Position numbers and translations under genes: made by a program. DNA of 48,535 bases from a virus, in the IMG/VR virus record IMGVR_UViG_3300019861_000001, positions 1 through 48,535 of that record. One strand, 5' to 3'. The notes beneath the pieces were generated by a model. It worked only from the letters and a program-made list of their open reading frames with translations, did not search any database and was not told the DNA's origin. Positions within the stretch are counted from its first letter, which is position 1. Every line of letters starts with the position of its first letter. This document shows positions 27,467-36,857 of this stretch, one piece after another.

Positions 27467-28378
27467 CTAATGGGTAAGAATATCATCAATTTCTTTCTGC
27501 AGTCCTTCAATAATTCCAGATTTCTTTTTAGAAGTGGAACTATCTACAAACGCAGGATCATCAAACTTTTGATCTTTGTTCTTCACAATTTTCTTAATAC
27601 CTAACAGCTTACGAGTTCTTTCAGCAGCTTCATCAAGAACCTTGTCAACGGTTAGATCAGGTTTCTCTGCGTGAACCTGAGCTGCTACATGAGAGACTGT
27701 TTTTCTTACGAATAATAAGTCCTCATTGGCTTTGAAGAAATCGTTAGCTACAGTTTCAGAATCTCTCACCTCTCTTACTTTAGTACTTACAAGTTCTGGG
27801 ATAGTAGATAAGACAGTTTTAGCTGCCTCTTCCTTGGCAAAAAGTTTAGCAGATTGATAGACCTGGTTTAGTAGTTTATTCATCAAATCTTTACTATCTA
27901 TAATATCATCAATAGAAATATCACCTAAGAAGTCTATCATAGTATCTTTCTCTGGCTCTATTACTATGGTTGGAGTTGGAGTAGGCACTTCAACTCCCTT
28001 TTTCTCCTCAGACTTAGAAACTTGTAAGGGAGAAGGAGGTGAGGTAGAATATACTGGAGTAAGACTCTCAATATGTCCTAATAACAGCTTTATGCGTTCT
28101 CTTAACTCCTCCTCAGTCTCTCCACCCTCAGTAACTACTTTAGGGGCAGGAGTCGGTAATGGAGTTGCGGGTTCGCCTTCAGCAGGTTTAGGAGACGGCG
28201 CTCCTTCCTTATCATCTAGTTTAGGAGTTTCGACTAGAGAAGTTACAACAGGCTCCTCTACCTTTGGAGTCTCAACTTCAACCTTAGGAGACTCCTTACT
28301 AAGGTTCTCAACTGACGATGGCTCAGGGGTAAGGCTACCAATGAGATCGTCTATTTCTTTAGTTATATCATCTGGCAT
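27467..28378 (-). CDS. Scaffolding protein candidate (start moved to MPDDI)
   Basis: Acidic, Pro/Glu-rich and helical, lying between portal and capsid. ATG 28378 has SD AAGGAG 7 nt upstream, right after the upstream stop. Confidence 0.55.
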   Translation of the reverse strand: MPDDITKEIDDLIGSLTPEPSSVENLSKESPKVEVETPKVEEPVVTSLVETPKLDDKEGAPSPKPAEGEPATPLPTPAPKVVTEGGETEEELRERIKLLLGHIESLTPVYSTSPPSPLQVSKSEEKKGVEVPTPTPTIVIEPEKDTMIDFLGDISIDDIIDSKDLMNKLLNQVYQSAKLFAKEEAAKTVLSTIPELVSTKVREVRDSETVANDFFKANEDLLFVRKTVSHVAAQVHAEKPDLTVDKVLDEAAERTRKLLGIKKIVKNKDQKFDDPAFVDSSTSKKKSGIIEGLQKEIDDILTH

Positions 28379-28379
28379 A

Positions 28380-28637
28380 CTATTTCTCCTTTCTTTCATT
28401 ATCTTCAATAATATTATCTAAAATTATTTGAGGCATTAGTAAGAACTTTCTTACTGCCTCAGCACTACCTTGTAAATTTTTAAGTGTCTCAAAGTCAGGA
28501 GTTCTTTCCTTACTTTCTAAGGAGCTACGTATATCTTCTATCCACATCTCAAGTTCATGCGAGATATCTCTCCACACCGATCCCTCAAGAAATTCTCTAA
28601 AAGCAGTAGCAGAACTGATATATTCCCTATCACTCAT
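28380..28637 (-). CDS. Hypothetical small protein (start moved to MSDREY)
   Basis: ATG 28637 has SD GGAGG. Overlaps the portal stop by 8 nt. Confidence 0.55.
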   Translation of the reverse strand: MSDREYISSATAFREFLEGSVWRDISHELEMWIEDIRSSLESKERTPDFETLKNLQGSAEAVRKFLLMPQIILDNIIEDNERKEK

Positions 28638-30564
28638 ACATACCTCCCATAGTTTCAGGAGCAGGAACACCTCGCTGAGGTAGAGGAACTATATTTCCCC
28701 TATTAGCCTGCTCCATAACTTGCTCATCAGGAAGAACCTTAGGTTTTACCCTAAAATCTGAGACATTTTTAGCTCCTCCCAACGTAAAGATATACTCATA
28801 TATTCGTACCATATCAAACTGCTGTCCAACTCCAGGGTTTTCTGTTAGTATTTTAGCTATCTGAGACCATAATTCTGTAGGTCCATTAGGTAAACTACCA
28901 TCACTAATAGTAACATCATAATTAGTCATTATATCAAATGGAGTTACCTTAGCCCTTTTATCGTTCCCAAACATCTGAGCTAATTCTTCTTGCCATCTTC
29001 CTGTAATATCTACATAAGTCTCTTCACTCATTAGTTGCTTAGTGTGCTCAGCCATCATATATCCTAGATCATGGAAGGCTTGCATACTAATAATACGTGC
29101 AAGTCGCTCAACACGAGAGATAGCAGATGAACGTGTACCCTGAAATTCCCCTTTTGTTAGTCTCTCAGGACCTCCTTGACGTAGAATTCCCATCAAACTT
29201 TCATCTACAGCACCTATTCTCTGCATCCACTCGAGGATAAAGGAGGAATCCTGGATATTAGCACGAGTAATATCCGTAACATTGAGCTGTTGAACTACAT
29301 CCTTTACTCCTTTTCCCCATGCAGGCCGACGTAGACGAACAAACTTGCCAGGTCCAGGGTCTTTGAAATCAGCCATGTTGACCTGATAGGGATCAACTAC
29401 AAACATATCATTAATAGCTTTACGGACATTAGTGATATGAGAGTTAAAAAGAAAGTTTAGTACCTCCTGCATACCGTAAAGAATCTCAGTACGAGCAAGT
29501 GGAAGTACTGAGTAACCATCAAAGTCAGGAGCTGCAGTGATAATAGGGAACATATTATGAGTTAGACCAAGTTTTTTAGCTTGAATAATAATCTCATCAT
29601 TAGCTAGGGCAAATAACCACTTCTCTGGTTGTTCCACAGTCCCAAGTCTCCACTCTTTAGGGATAAGATCTACATACATCCAGATAACATCAACAGAGTT
29701 GTGAATAGTTACATCGAGAGTAGTGTAAGAGTCAGTTCCTGTTTTCTTATTACGATCTGACATTTTATCTTTGAATATTGAGCTACCCTGTAAGGTAGAA
29801 TCCTTTAGATACTTAACGTTAAACATAGTACCATTACTGGTAGATTCACGTTTCATTAGATCAATGCGTGTAGTGGGTTCCACCCATCCTACAAACTCCC
29901 CATCTTGAATTCGCTGTACTGGAACAGAAGGATCAGGGAGGTAAAAATAGGGGTCTATGTTATTAAGTTTATTCCCCTCATATATAACAGTCTCCCTAAA
30001 ATCCCTACCTCCATATAAGTTTCTATATGGTCTGTACCCCATATTCTTAACCCATACAGGGGCTCCAGCTCCTACTCCATAAACCAGAGAATCTCTGAGA
30101 AATGTATGAAGAGCAAGACCCATCTTGGAGCGATAAGTTTGATGCCTAATAACCTTCTCCAATAACATAGTACCTACCGTATCCTCTGGAGAAACTCCCT
30201 CGTACTTTAGAATAGGATCATTAAGGAAAGCCATAACTAGATAAGTAAGAATAGTCTCCATTATAACGAAGCTGTAAGGAAACACTATTGACACTGGTTT
30301 GCGACTATCTTCAGTCTTAAGTTTACTTTCCTTATCGTCTAACTCAATATACGCAGTTATAACTCGTTCTATCTCATTCCAAGAACTAGTACGGTTGGAG
30401 ATAAGATTATGAGACTCACGAGCCCGAAATAGTATCTCCTCTTTAAGTCTAACATGAGTAGGAGAACCAGGTCTAAGATCTAAACCATAAGGATAAGTAT
30501 ATCCCAGATCCTTATTTAGAAGATCTGTAGAACCAAAATTAAGTTGTCCTTGCAGTATCTGCAT
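28630..30564 (-). CDS. Portal protein
   Basis: 644-aa ORF abutting TerL with no gap. Called on size and position only; no motif was verified. Confidence 0.7.
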   Translation of the reverse strand: MQILQGQLNFGSTDLLNKDLGYTYPYGLDLRPGSPTHVRLKEEILFRARESHNLISNRTSSWNEIERVITAYIELDDKESKLKTEDSRKPVSIVFPYSFVIMETILTYLVMAFLNDPILKYEGVSPEDTVGTMLLEKVIRHQTYRSKMGLALHTFLRDSLVYGVGAGAPVWVKNMGYRPYRNLYGGRDFRETVIYEGNKLNNIDPYFYLPDPSVPVQRIQDGEFVGWVEPTTRIDLMKRESTSNGTMFNVKYLKDSTLQGSSIFKDKMSDRNKKTGTDSYTTLDVTIHNSVDVIWMYVDLIPKEWRLGTVEQPEKWLFALANDEIIIQAKKLGLTHNMFPIITAAPDFDGYSVLPLARTEILYGMQEVLNFLFNSHITNVRKAINDMFVVDPYQVNMADFKDPGPGKFVRLRRPAWGKGVKDVVQQLNVTDITRANIQDSSFILEWMQRIGAVDESLMGILRQGGPERLTKGEFQGTRSSAISRVERLARIISMQAFHDLGYMMAEHTKQLMSEETYVDITGRWQEELAQMFGNDKRAKVTPFDIMTNYDVTISDGSLPNGPTELWSQIAKILTENPGVGQQFDMVRIYEYIFTLGGAKNVSDFRVKPKVLPDEQVMEQANRGNIVPLPQRGVPAPETMGGMYE

Positions 30565-32145
30565 TTAGATTATCCTCCAATTCTCATAGGGTTTTTCGAA
30601 ATCCAGTTCTTCATATTCTTTTTCAGGGTCTTCCCCCATATCAGGAGGGTCGAAGTAGTAAGCCAACTCATCCATTATCTTGTTAATATAAGCAGCTGCA
30701 TCCATCACGTCCCACAACTTGGAACGAGGAAAGGAACGAAGTTGAGTCTCAAGAGGCCCACAGTTGTTCTTATTATGATACATATAGCCGAGTTTATATA
30801 GAGGAGCAAGATTAGCTATTCTTCCTTCTTTCTTCCCAATAGCCTGAAGTTCAATATATGTAGGGTGAACGTTACGAACTCTCATTTCGTTTTCAATAGG
30901 TTGAGAGATGAACTGGTGAAGAGAAGTTACTTCAACTCCCAATATCATACTTTTGTATCGTAATAGTTGCCCAAACATCATGTTGTATAGGGCATCAGGT
31001 CTAACCCGCCTAGATTCTATTGCCCGAACGAAGATTTTGTGAGATTCTCTATCAACTGCTATTGTCAAAACTGCACTCTCAGCAGAGTGAAGTTGGACAG
31101 TTTTAGCTGGATCACAAATAGTAACATGGAGTAGGCGAGAGGTAGGGATTTTTTCGTCTACAATAACTCCAGTCTCAGTTACTGACTTAACAACTAGTTC
31201 GTCTCCATAATCTTCAAAATAGTGAAAATACTCCTCCTTAAAAACCGCATCCTCAATGGATATAGGAAGATTCATACGCTCCATATAGAAGAGATCCATT
31301 AGACCTTTCCTACGATGTTCTTCTACTTCTTCCTTTATTTGTGTAGTAGTCATATAGTTTACATCATAAGATTCATAGTTCTCATTGCAGATAGAAAGAC
31401 GAATAGATGACCACTCAGGAGAATCAAGAAGAAGTTGGAGTAATGAGTCCTCATGTTTAATAGTATCAATATAGATAATAGTAGGAGGTTTCCCATACAT
31501 ATCTTCAGTTTTCATTACGTCAGAGAAAAACCACTCCTTTTGTTTCTGACGTAGATCCTCATTTCGTAGATCTTCTTTATTTTCTAGATCATCAATGATG
31601 ATTAGATCTGGACGATAGTTTGCCCAGTTCAATCCACGAATCTGCTGACCCATACCACGAGGGAGAACAAAAGTAGTACCAAAGGCTACCCACGCAAGTT
31701 TACTAAATGTGTCGTCTACTTCACCCACATCACTGATCTTAATACTGCCAAATAGAGACCTTACGGTTTTATTAGTTAATAGTGTACGTTTCATATTCTC
31801 AGTTTGCATTTCAGCTAGAGTAGCACTGTTTGAGAGATAGACTATAAAATGATAGTCTCTAAATAGTATTCCTTTATTAGCTATAGTACGTGCAATAGAA
31901 GTCTTTCCTAATCCACGTGGAGCAGCTATAGCTTTTTTGCTGTTGGAATTAGATATGGTCTCAAATATCTTATCATGAAGCATAGAGAAAGGAGCTGAAA
32001 AGATCTCAGGAAAAATAGCTTTACACATGAACTTAGTATCTATATAACAATTATGTAAGATACTTTTAGTTCTTTGAGTGAGATCACCTTCAACCTGTGG
32101 TAAAATTTTTACCATAGGTTCAGTCGTTTGGTACGTGTTTTCCAT
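30565..32145 (-). CDS. terL: Terminase large subunit
   Basis: Walker A AAPRGLGKTS and Walker B LIIIDDLE, with a C-terminal nuclease-sized domain. 526 aa. Confidence 0.85.
   Translation of the reverse strand: MENTYQTTEPMVKILPQVEGDLTQRTKSILHNCYIDTKFMCKAIFPEIFSAPFSMLHDKIFETISNSNSKKAIAAPRGLGKTSIARTIANKGILFRDYHFIVYLSNSATLAEMQTENMKRTLLTNKTVRSLFGSIKISDVGEVDDTFSKLAWVAFGTTFVLPRGMGQQIRGLNWANYRPDLIIIDDLENKEDLRNEDLRQKQKEWFFSDVMKTEDMYGKPPTIIYIDTIKHEDSLLQLLLDSPEWSSIRLSICNENYESYDVNYMTTTQIKEEVEEHRRKGLMDLFYMERMNLPISIEDAVFKEEYFHYFEDYGDELVVKSVTETGVIVDEKIPTSRLLHVTICDPAKTVQLHSAESAVLTIAVDRESHKIFVRAIESRRVRPDALYNMMFGQLLRYKSMILGVEVTSLHQFISQPIENEMRVRNVHPTYIELQAIGKKEGRIANLAPLYKLGYMYHNKNNCGPLETQLRSFPRSKLWDVMDAAAYINKIMDELAYYFDPPDMGEDPEKEYEELDFEKPYENWRII
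32095..32117. repeat. 23-bp palindrome family copy CTGTGGTAAAATTTTTACCATAG inside the TerL 5' end
   Basis: Encodes PMVKILPQ of TerL on the minus strand. Lies 3 nt past the stop of the upstream gene (32120). Confidence 0.85.
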
Positions 32146-32659
32146 ATACTACATAATCCCCAGTTTTCTTGCACCACTCATTGACTTCTCCTGGAGTCAT
32201 ATGATGCCCTATAAATCTCGGGTCTACTACTCCAATCTCATCAGCCCAATCACTACATATTTTCCAGAATGGTAACTGAAGTTTTCTGATATGTAGTTTT
32301 ATACCCAAAATCTGAAGAACATCATATTGACGTCTATACCAAGGTAACTTCAAATAGTCCTCGATAGTCCTAATAAGAAGTAATCTTCTTACACTATTCC
32401 ATATACTACATGTCCAGAACTTAAGATTATAACTTCCATCTAAATAGTCTACAACTGGAACCTCATGAAATATCCAGTCTTGAGTTGCAAACTTCCCAGG
32501 ATGAATCATCCACATAAAGTGATTCCATAAGGATTTAGTAGTTTGCCCTATTTCAGTAGCAAAGTGAGAGTAGTAGTTTCTTGAGAGAACTATAAGAGGC
32601 AAGTCCTTCTCAGGAATACATAGGATCTCTCTAGCAGTTAAAAACCTATCCTCGCTCAT
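32120..32659 (-). CDS. Hypothetical protein; possible permuted papain-like (YiiX-like) peptidase, or small terminase by position
   Basis: 179-aa ORF overlapping the TerL start. Motifs NHFMWMIHPG and KICSDW weakly recall YiiX-type His/Cys. Confidence 0.3.
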   Translation of the reverse strand: MSEDRFLTAREILCIPEKDLPLIVLSRNYYSHFATEIGQTTKSLWNHFMWMIHPGKFATQDWIFHEVPVVDYLDGSYNLKFWTCSIWNSVRRLLLIRTIEDYLKLPWYRRQYDVLQILGIKLHIRKLQLPFWKICSDWADEIGVVDPRFIGHHMTPGEVNEWCKKTGDYVVYGKHVPND

Positions 32660-32955
32660 TCAGTACCTCCAGTAATTAAAGGACCTATAGTTGGCTGAGA
32701 AGTAGGAACAGGTGGAGTAGACATTACACCTCCACTCACATATTTAGCATAACCCTGAATTGCTAATGCCATTATCTGATCAAGTTGAACTGAAGAGCCA
32801 GTACTAACTACTCCAGTACTTTCTGTCCACGAGATATTTAGGTTAGCAAAGATAGGCCGACTAAACTCTACTTTAGTTCCACTGGGAGACACTATAGTTC
32901 CAGAAGTACAACTACCAAACAGGAAAATTAAGCAAAGGACTAATAACTTTTTCAT
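32656..32955 (-). CDS. Outer-membrane spanin (lipoprotein)
   Basis: Signal plus lipobox MKKLLVLCLIFLFGSC. Pro-rich C-terminus. ATGA overlap with the i-spanin. Confidence 0.65.
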   Translation of the reverse strand: MKKLLVLCLIFLFGSCTSGTIVSPSGTKVEFSRPIFANLNISWTESTGVVSTGSSVQLDQIMALAIQGYAKYVSGGVMSTPPVPTSQPTIGPLITGGTE

Positions 32956-33347
32956 GTTGACTCCCTTCTTTGTGCTAATTTTAAAATTTCTGTACGCTCA
33001 AGAAGAATTGCTACATTGGTATGAGTTTCACGAGCTAGCTTTTCTAACTCTTCAGATTTCTTATCTCCCTTAGCCACCTTACTCTCTATTACCTTAAACT
33101 TATCTAAACAAAACTGTAATCTTTCATCACAATGAGGAAGCATACCGAGTCTTTCTTTGTCTTCTTTCTCGTTCTCTACCTTGTTTTTATTATTCCCTTT
33201 TATTACAAGAATATTTCCTCTTTTAAAATGTCTAGTGTATATAAAGAAAATCACGATAACTGCTGTTAGTGTAGGCCCAAAAAGAACAGCGAGATTTTCT
33301 ACCACTTTCAAGATAGAAATAAAGTCATCCATTAGAACATCCTCCAC
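32952..33347 (-). CDS. Inner-membrane spanin
   Basis: N-terminal TM LAVLFGPTLTAVIVIFFIY followed by a charged coiled coil. Confidence 0.6.
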   Translation of the reverse strand: MEDVLMDDFISILKVVENLAVLFGPTLTAVIVIFFIYTRHFKRGNILVIKGNNKNKVENEKEDKERLGMLPHCDERLQFCLDKFKVIESKVAKGDKKSEELEKLARETHTNVAILLERTEILKLAQRREST

Positions 33348-33576
33348 GATTTTTCATCATAGCTGTAATAGTTTCACTCTCCAGGTTCCTTCCCTCAATA
33401 GTTGATTTATCTGACACATAAACAGCCATCTTAATCATACATCCTTTTATACTTGCTAGATCAGAGGCAACAATACTATGATCACTACAACGAGGATGAG
33501 TTTTACCTCTAGTAATAGTCCATCCAATAGACCAACAGACCCCTATTATTGTTACAGCTTCTGGATAGCTAAGCAT
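33325..33576 (-). CDS. Holin candidate
   Basis: 83-aa protein with one TM (AVTIIGVCWSIGWTI), between the endolysin and the spanins. ATG is 1 nt after the endolysin stop. Confidence 0.4.
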   Translation of the reverse strand: MLSYPEAVTIIGVCWSIGWTITRGKTHPRCSDHSIVASDLASIKGCMIKMAVYVSDKSTIEGRNLESETITAMMKNRGGCSNG

Positions 33577-33577
33577 C

Positions 33578-33922
33578 TTACCATCTTCTCTCAGGTCCAA
33601 CATCTATATGAATAAAGTCTTCAGCCTGGTAGAAATGAAAACCTCCACTCCAACTCGTCAGCATTATAGCGAGATGTCTCATAGAATACTCCTCAATTCT
33701 AAAATCAATAGCATTTCCTAACATATGCTGAGATCCCTTAGCTCCTCTTATCTCATCGTTATGTTTCTTGCAGCGATACCCACTAAGAATAAGTACAGGG
33801 AGGTCTACTATATCTCTGATAACTTGCAAACGCTGAACGATAGCGGGATTAATAGCCATTAGTCCACAGCCACATCTACAAGTAAATTCTTCTCTATAAA
33901 AATTAGGAGTTATCTTTTCCAT
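33578..33922 (-). CDS. Endolysin, peptidase M15 (zinc D-Ala-D-Ala carboxypeptidase-like) family
   Basis: SGYRCKKHN...GSQHMLGNAIDF...FIHID zinc-ligand pattern (H, D, H). Confidence 0.8.
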   Translation of the reverse strand: MEKITPNFYREEFTCRCGCGLMAINPAIVQRLQVIRDIVDLPVLILSGYRCKKHNDEIRGAKGSQHMLGNAIDFRIEEYSMRHLAIMLTSWSGGFHFYQAEDFIHIDVGPERRW

Positions 33923-33924
33923 AG

Positions 33925-35391
33925 CTAATTAATAGTCCCATAAATGTTTCCTGACTCGTTATACTCATAACACCCAATAGGATAACCACCTCCCTTTGGC
34001 ATAGCTGTCAAAGCCAGGTCAGTTGGGTTGGTTTGAATGTAATAGTTTGGCAGACCACTGTCTTTATAGGGAGACGTTGCCGTAAGGGTATAATCGTTGG
34101 TAGCCAGTGAGGTATAAGCCGGACTGTCCGTAAGGGGAGTACTGTAAAGATAAAGTGAACCTCCCGCTGCAACCACTCCCGCGGTACAGTTATTAACGCA
34201 ATTATTATAGAAGGAACTTGCCCCCGCAGACTGGATGAGGGCTTTTGTCAATCCGGTAAAATTAGAGTTCCAAACATAACCTATACAGGCGGCATTAGCT
34301 ATGCTTATTCCATACCCATCTCCGGCTACCCCTGCCGTAGTGTCATCAAAGGTACAGTTGGTAATATTACCAACAACGGCGGCAGTACCAAGCTTTATCC
34401 CAGCTTTTGCGCTTGGCATAGCATAAAATAGACAGTTATCAATGTTGTATGTCGCCGCAGCGGTTAAATCTATAAAATTGTCCACACAACTATAAAATTT
34501 GCTCCGACTAACTTTTAATGCTCCGGCAATAAGCCCCAGAGCCGAGTCGCCACTGGCTGTAAATGTGGAGTCATAAATATAATTAGTGGTTCCAGCTGAA
34601 CATTTAAAAAGCATACAATTATCAGTATTTAATCCAGTAATATTTAACCCATTAAAGGTCAACGTCCCATTTGCATTAGCCATATTAGCGGTTTGAGAGG
34701 TAGCAAATAGGTTAGAAACCGTCATTGTGTTTATGGTAACAGTTGAACCGGCTGCACTTTGGGTCAATACAAAGGAATCGGCAGTTACTCCACCTGTCCC
34801 ATTAATAGTAATATTGTTCAAGGTTGCCGTGAAAGTGTGGGCCGTTGCGAGTCCTAATCTTAGAGCGTTCTGAAAATCCCCAGTAATTGACATTGTGTTG
34901 ACAGTTACTGATGTCGAATTATGGGAGATTTGTAGACCATCTTCACATGAAGTGGTGATAGCAATATTATTTAGAATTGCCCCTAATGCACTATTGTTTA
35001 CCGTAACTGCCGAAACAGTCGTGCTGTCAATAGTGAATCCCGTTACGGTTACATAGTTTTTGGCATTGATCGTTATTCCGGTAGCCATTGCTGATAAAGT
35101 ACAGGGATATGTGGCGTGGTTTCCCAGAACAGTTACCCTGTGGCTTGAGTCTGCTCCACCATCAGGTACGGTTACAGCTGTTGTTATTACTCCACATAAA
35201 TATACTGTATCGTCGTCAAGAGCATCGAAGGGAACATTACCAGCATTAAAATCACTAATAGGGGCTGCTGTCTCATAAGTTAAATTTGCACCATCGTCTC
35301 CGAGACCGGCTTGAGTTACATAATAGGTCTCTGCCCAAGCGGGAGCAACTAAAAACAAAATTATAAAAATACTTAAAAGAAATTTTCTCAT
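33925..35391 (-). CDS. Signal-peptide right-handed beta-helix protein (polysaccharide lyase/depolymerase-like)
   Basis: MRKFLLSIFIILFLVAPAWA/ETYYVTQAG. Periodic N/T/G-rich repeats (NCTF, NNCV). Confidence 0.6.
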   Translation of the reverse strand: MRKFLLSIFIILFLVAPAWAETYYVTQAGLGDDGANLTYETAAPISDFNAGNVPFDALDDDTVYLCGVITTAVTVPDGGADSSHRVTVLGNHATYPCTLSAMATGITINAKNYVTVTGFTIDSTTVSAVTVNNSALGAILNNIAITTSCEDGLQISHNSTSVTVNTMSITGDFQNALRLGLATAHTFTATLNNITINGTGGVTADSFVLTQSAAGSTVTINTMTVSNLFATSQTANMANANGTLTFNGLNITGLNTDNCMLFKCSAGTTNYIYDSTFTASGDSALGLIAGALKVSRSKFYSCVDNFIDLTAAATYNIDNCLFYAMPSAKAGIKLGTAAVVGNITNCTFDDTTAGVAGDGYGISIANAACIGYVWNSNFTGLTKALIQSAGASSFYNNCVNNCTAGVVAAGGSLYLYSTPLTDSPAYTSLATNDYTLTATSPYKDSGLPNYYIQTNPTDLALTAMPKGGGYPIGCYEYNESGNIYGTIN

Positions 35392-36848
35392 CTTATCTGA
35401 CCTCCATTAACCTCATAAGCTCCAATGTCCATGCCTATTCCTGCTGGTTTAGAAACCCCATTCTTTGACGTGGAGCCCCATTTGTTTAATCCTATATTGA
35501 TAAGCGGTGAGTCTGCCTGTAAATCCAAATCCTCTGAACCAGTAGTTATAGAATCGAGTTTGATGGTAGTGTTCCCATCTGCATATTGAGTGCTTCCAAC
35601 TACCAAATCAGCGTTGTTAGTTTGAAAGGTAGCCCAGGTAATCGAACCATCTACATTGTTTTCTTTATATGATAATGACCCAGCAGCTAAATTCACAAAA
35701 GTATTATAGCTAAGACAAAGGTTAGTGGGTTTAACGGTTGCCGGTAAGTCGGCAAGGGTTTGGGCCGCGTGGGCTTCAGCACCATCGGCATAAGGGGTGT
35801 CCCGCTGATTCCAAGAAAAAAGGAAACCGGCAGAAACTATACAAAAGAGATTGTTGTAAACGTAGATATTTTCATTTCCAAGCAACACTCCGGCGGCATT
35901 TTCCAGATCATCTTCAACTCGACTTATCGTAACCCCGCCAAGTAAACTTGTGTTGTTATAGATATAAACATCCTTAACGCTTTTTAAGACAAACGCTGTA
36001 CCAAAATTGCCGGTAGCGGTAGACGCTCCATAAATATAGTTATTTCTCGCCACAGCATTAATAACTTGGTTGGATAAGCCTAAAGCCACATCTCCAGTAC
36101 AAGATTCCCCTAACCCAACAGCAGCAATAGAGCAGTTATGAATCTTATTCTGTTCAATTAGTATATCTTGACTACAGCCCTTACATAAAATCCCAATACT
36201 CTTGGTATCGTAAATCTCATTTCCTCTTATTATTAAAGCCCAACTTCCGCCACCATCAGGGGTGGGTTTAGTTCCTGTAACTACTACGTGATGACTTGCC
36301 GTATCAAAACCGTTTTCTGCAATATGATGAATAATATTATTGTAGATTAACACCCCATGTTTATCTGTACCGGGAACAAATCTAATGCCATCACCACTCC
36401 CACCATCATAGGCAAGATCACCATTAGATATATCGCAGTTCTGTATAGTTATGTGGCTATCTGCTATCTGAATAACATTATAGTTTCCAACTGCTGTCCT
36501 AATTAACGTAAGACCATCAACCGTAGAACCTTCTGAGCCAGACGGGAAAGACAATACCGGATTACCTGCATAAGAACTTGTTATTACAGGAGTCTCACCT
36601 GGATATGCTTTTAGTGTTACTCCTGCCAGGTCTACATCTATTTTTGCGGTTTCAGTATAAGCTCCACCCCTAAAGTATAAGGTATCTCCAGCTCCCAACT
36701 TGTCCACAGAAGTAGAGGGCATAGGCCCCCAAGGAGCCGCCAGTGAACCGACTGCACCATCGCTACCCGTTGGAGAGATATAATAATCAGTTCCAAATAC
36801 TATTGATGGTAAAAATAGTATTAGAAAAATAAGGAGTATTTTTTTCAT
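35388..36848 (-). CDS. Signal-peptide right-handed beta-helix protein (DUF1565/pectate-lyase-like)
   Basis: MKKILLIFLILFLPSIVFG/TDYYISPTGSDGAVGSLAAPWG. Repeats such as NNIIHH, GNEIYD and NNYIYG. Confidence 0.6.
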   Translation of the reverse strand: MKKILLIFLILFLPSIVFGTDYYISPTGSDGAVGSLAAPWGPMPSTSVDKLGAGDTLYFRGGAYTETAKIDVDLAGVTLKAYPGETPVITSSYAGNPVLSFPSGSEGSTVDGLTLIRTAVGNYNVIQIADSHITIQNCDISNGDLAYDGGSGDGIRFVPGTDKHGVLIYNNIIHHIAENGFDTASHHVVVTGTKPTPDGGGSWALIIRGNEIYDTKSIGILCKGCSQDILIEQNKIHNCSIAAVGLGESCTGDVALGLSNQVINAVARNNYIYGASTATGNFGTAFVLKSVKDVYIYNNTSLLGGVTISRVEDDLENAAGVLLGNENIYVYNNLFCIVSAGFLFSWNQRDTPYADGAEAHAAQTLADLPATVKPTNLCLSYNTFVNLAAGSLSYKENNVDGSITWATFQTNNADLVVGSTQYADGNTTIKLDSITTGSEDLDLQADSPLINIGLNKWGSTSKNGVSKPAGIGMDIGAYEVNGGQIR

Positions 36849-36857
36849 ACAGAACCC

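Noticed and set aside
18551-28421. Plus-strand ORFs inside late genes (18551-19000, 20156-20452, 23069-23485, 23535-23744, 26151-26489, 27966-28421), plus the minus-strand alternative-frame ORF 23284-23547
   Set aside because: All lie antisense to, or in another frame of, longer motif-bearing minus-strand genes, and they lack ribosome-binding sites.
30544-35945. Plus-strand ORFs 30544-30801, 32078-32275, 33157-33405, 35060-35278, 35738-35932 and 35760-35945
   Set aside because: They are antisense to the terminase, spanin and beta-helix genes.
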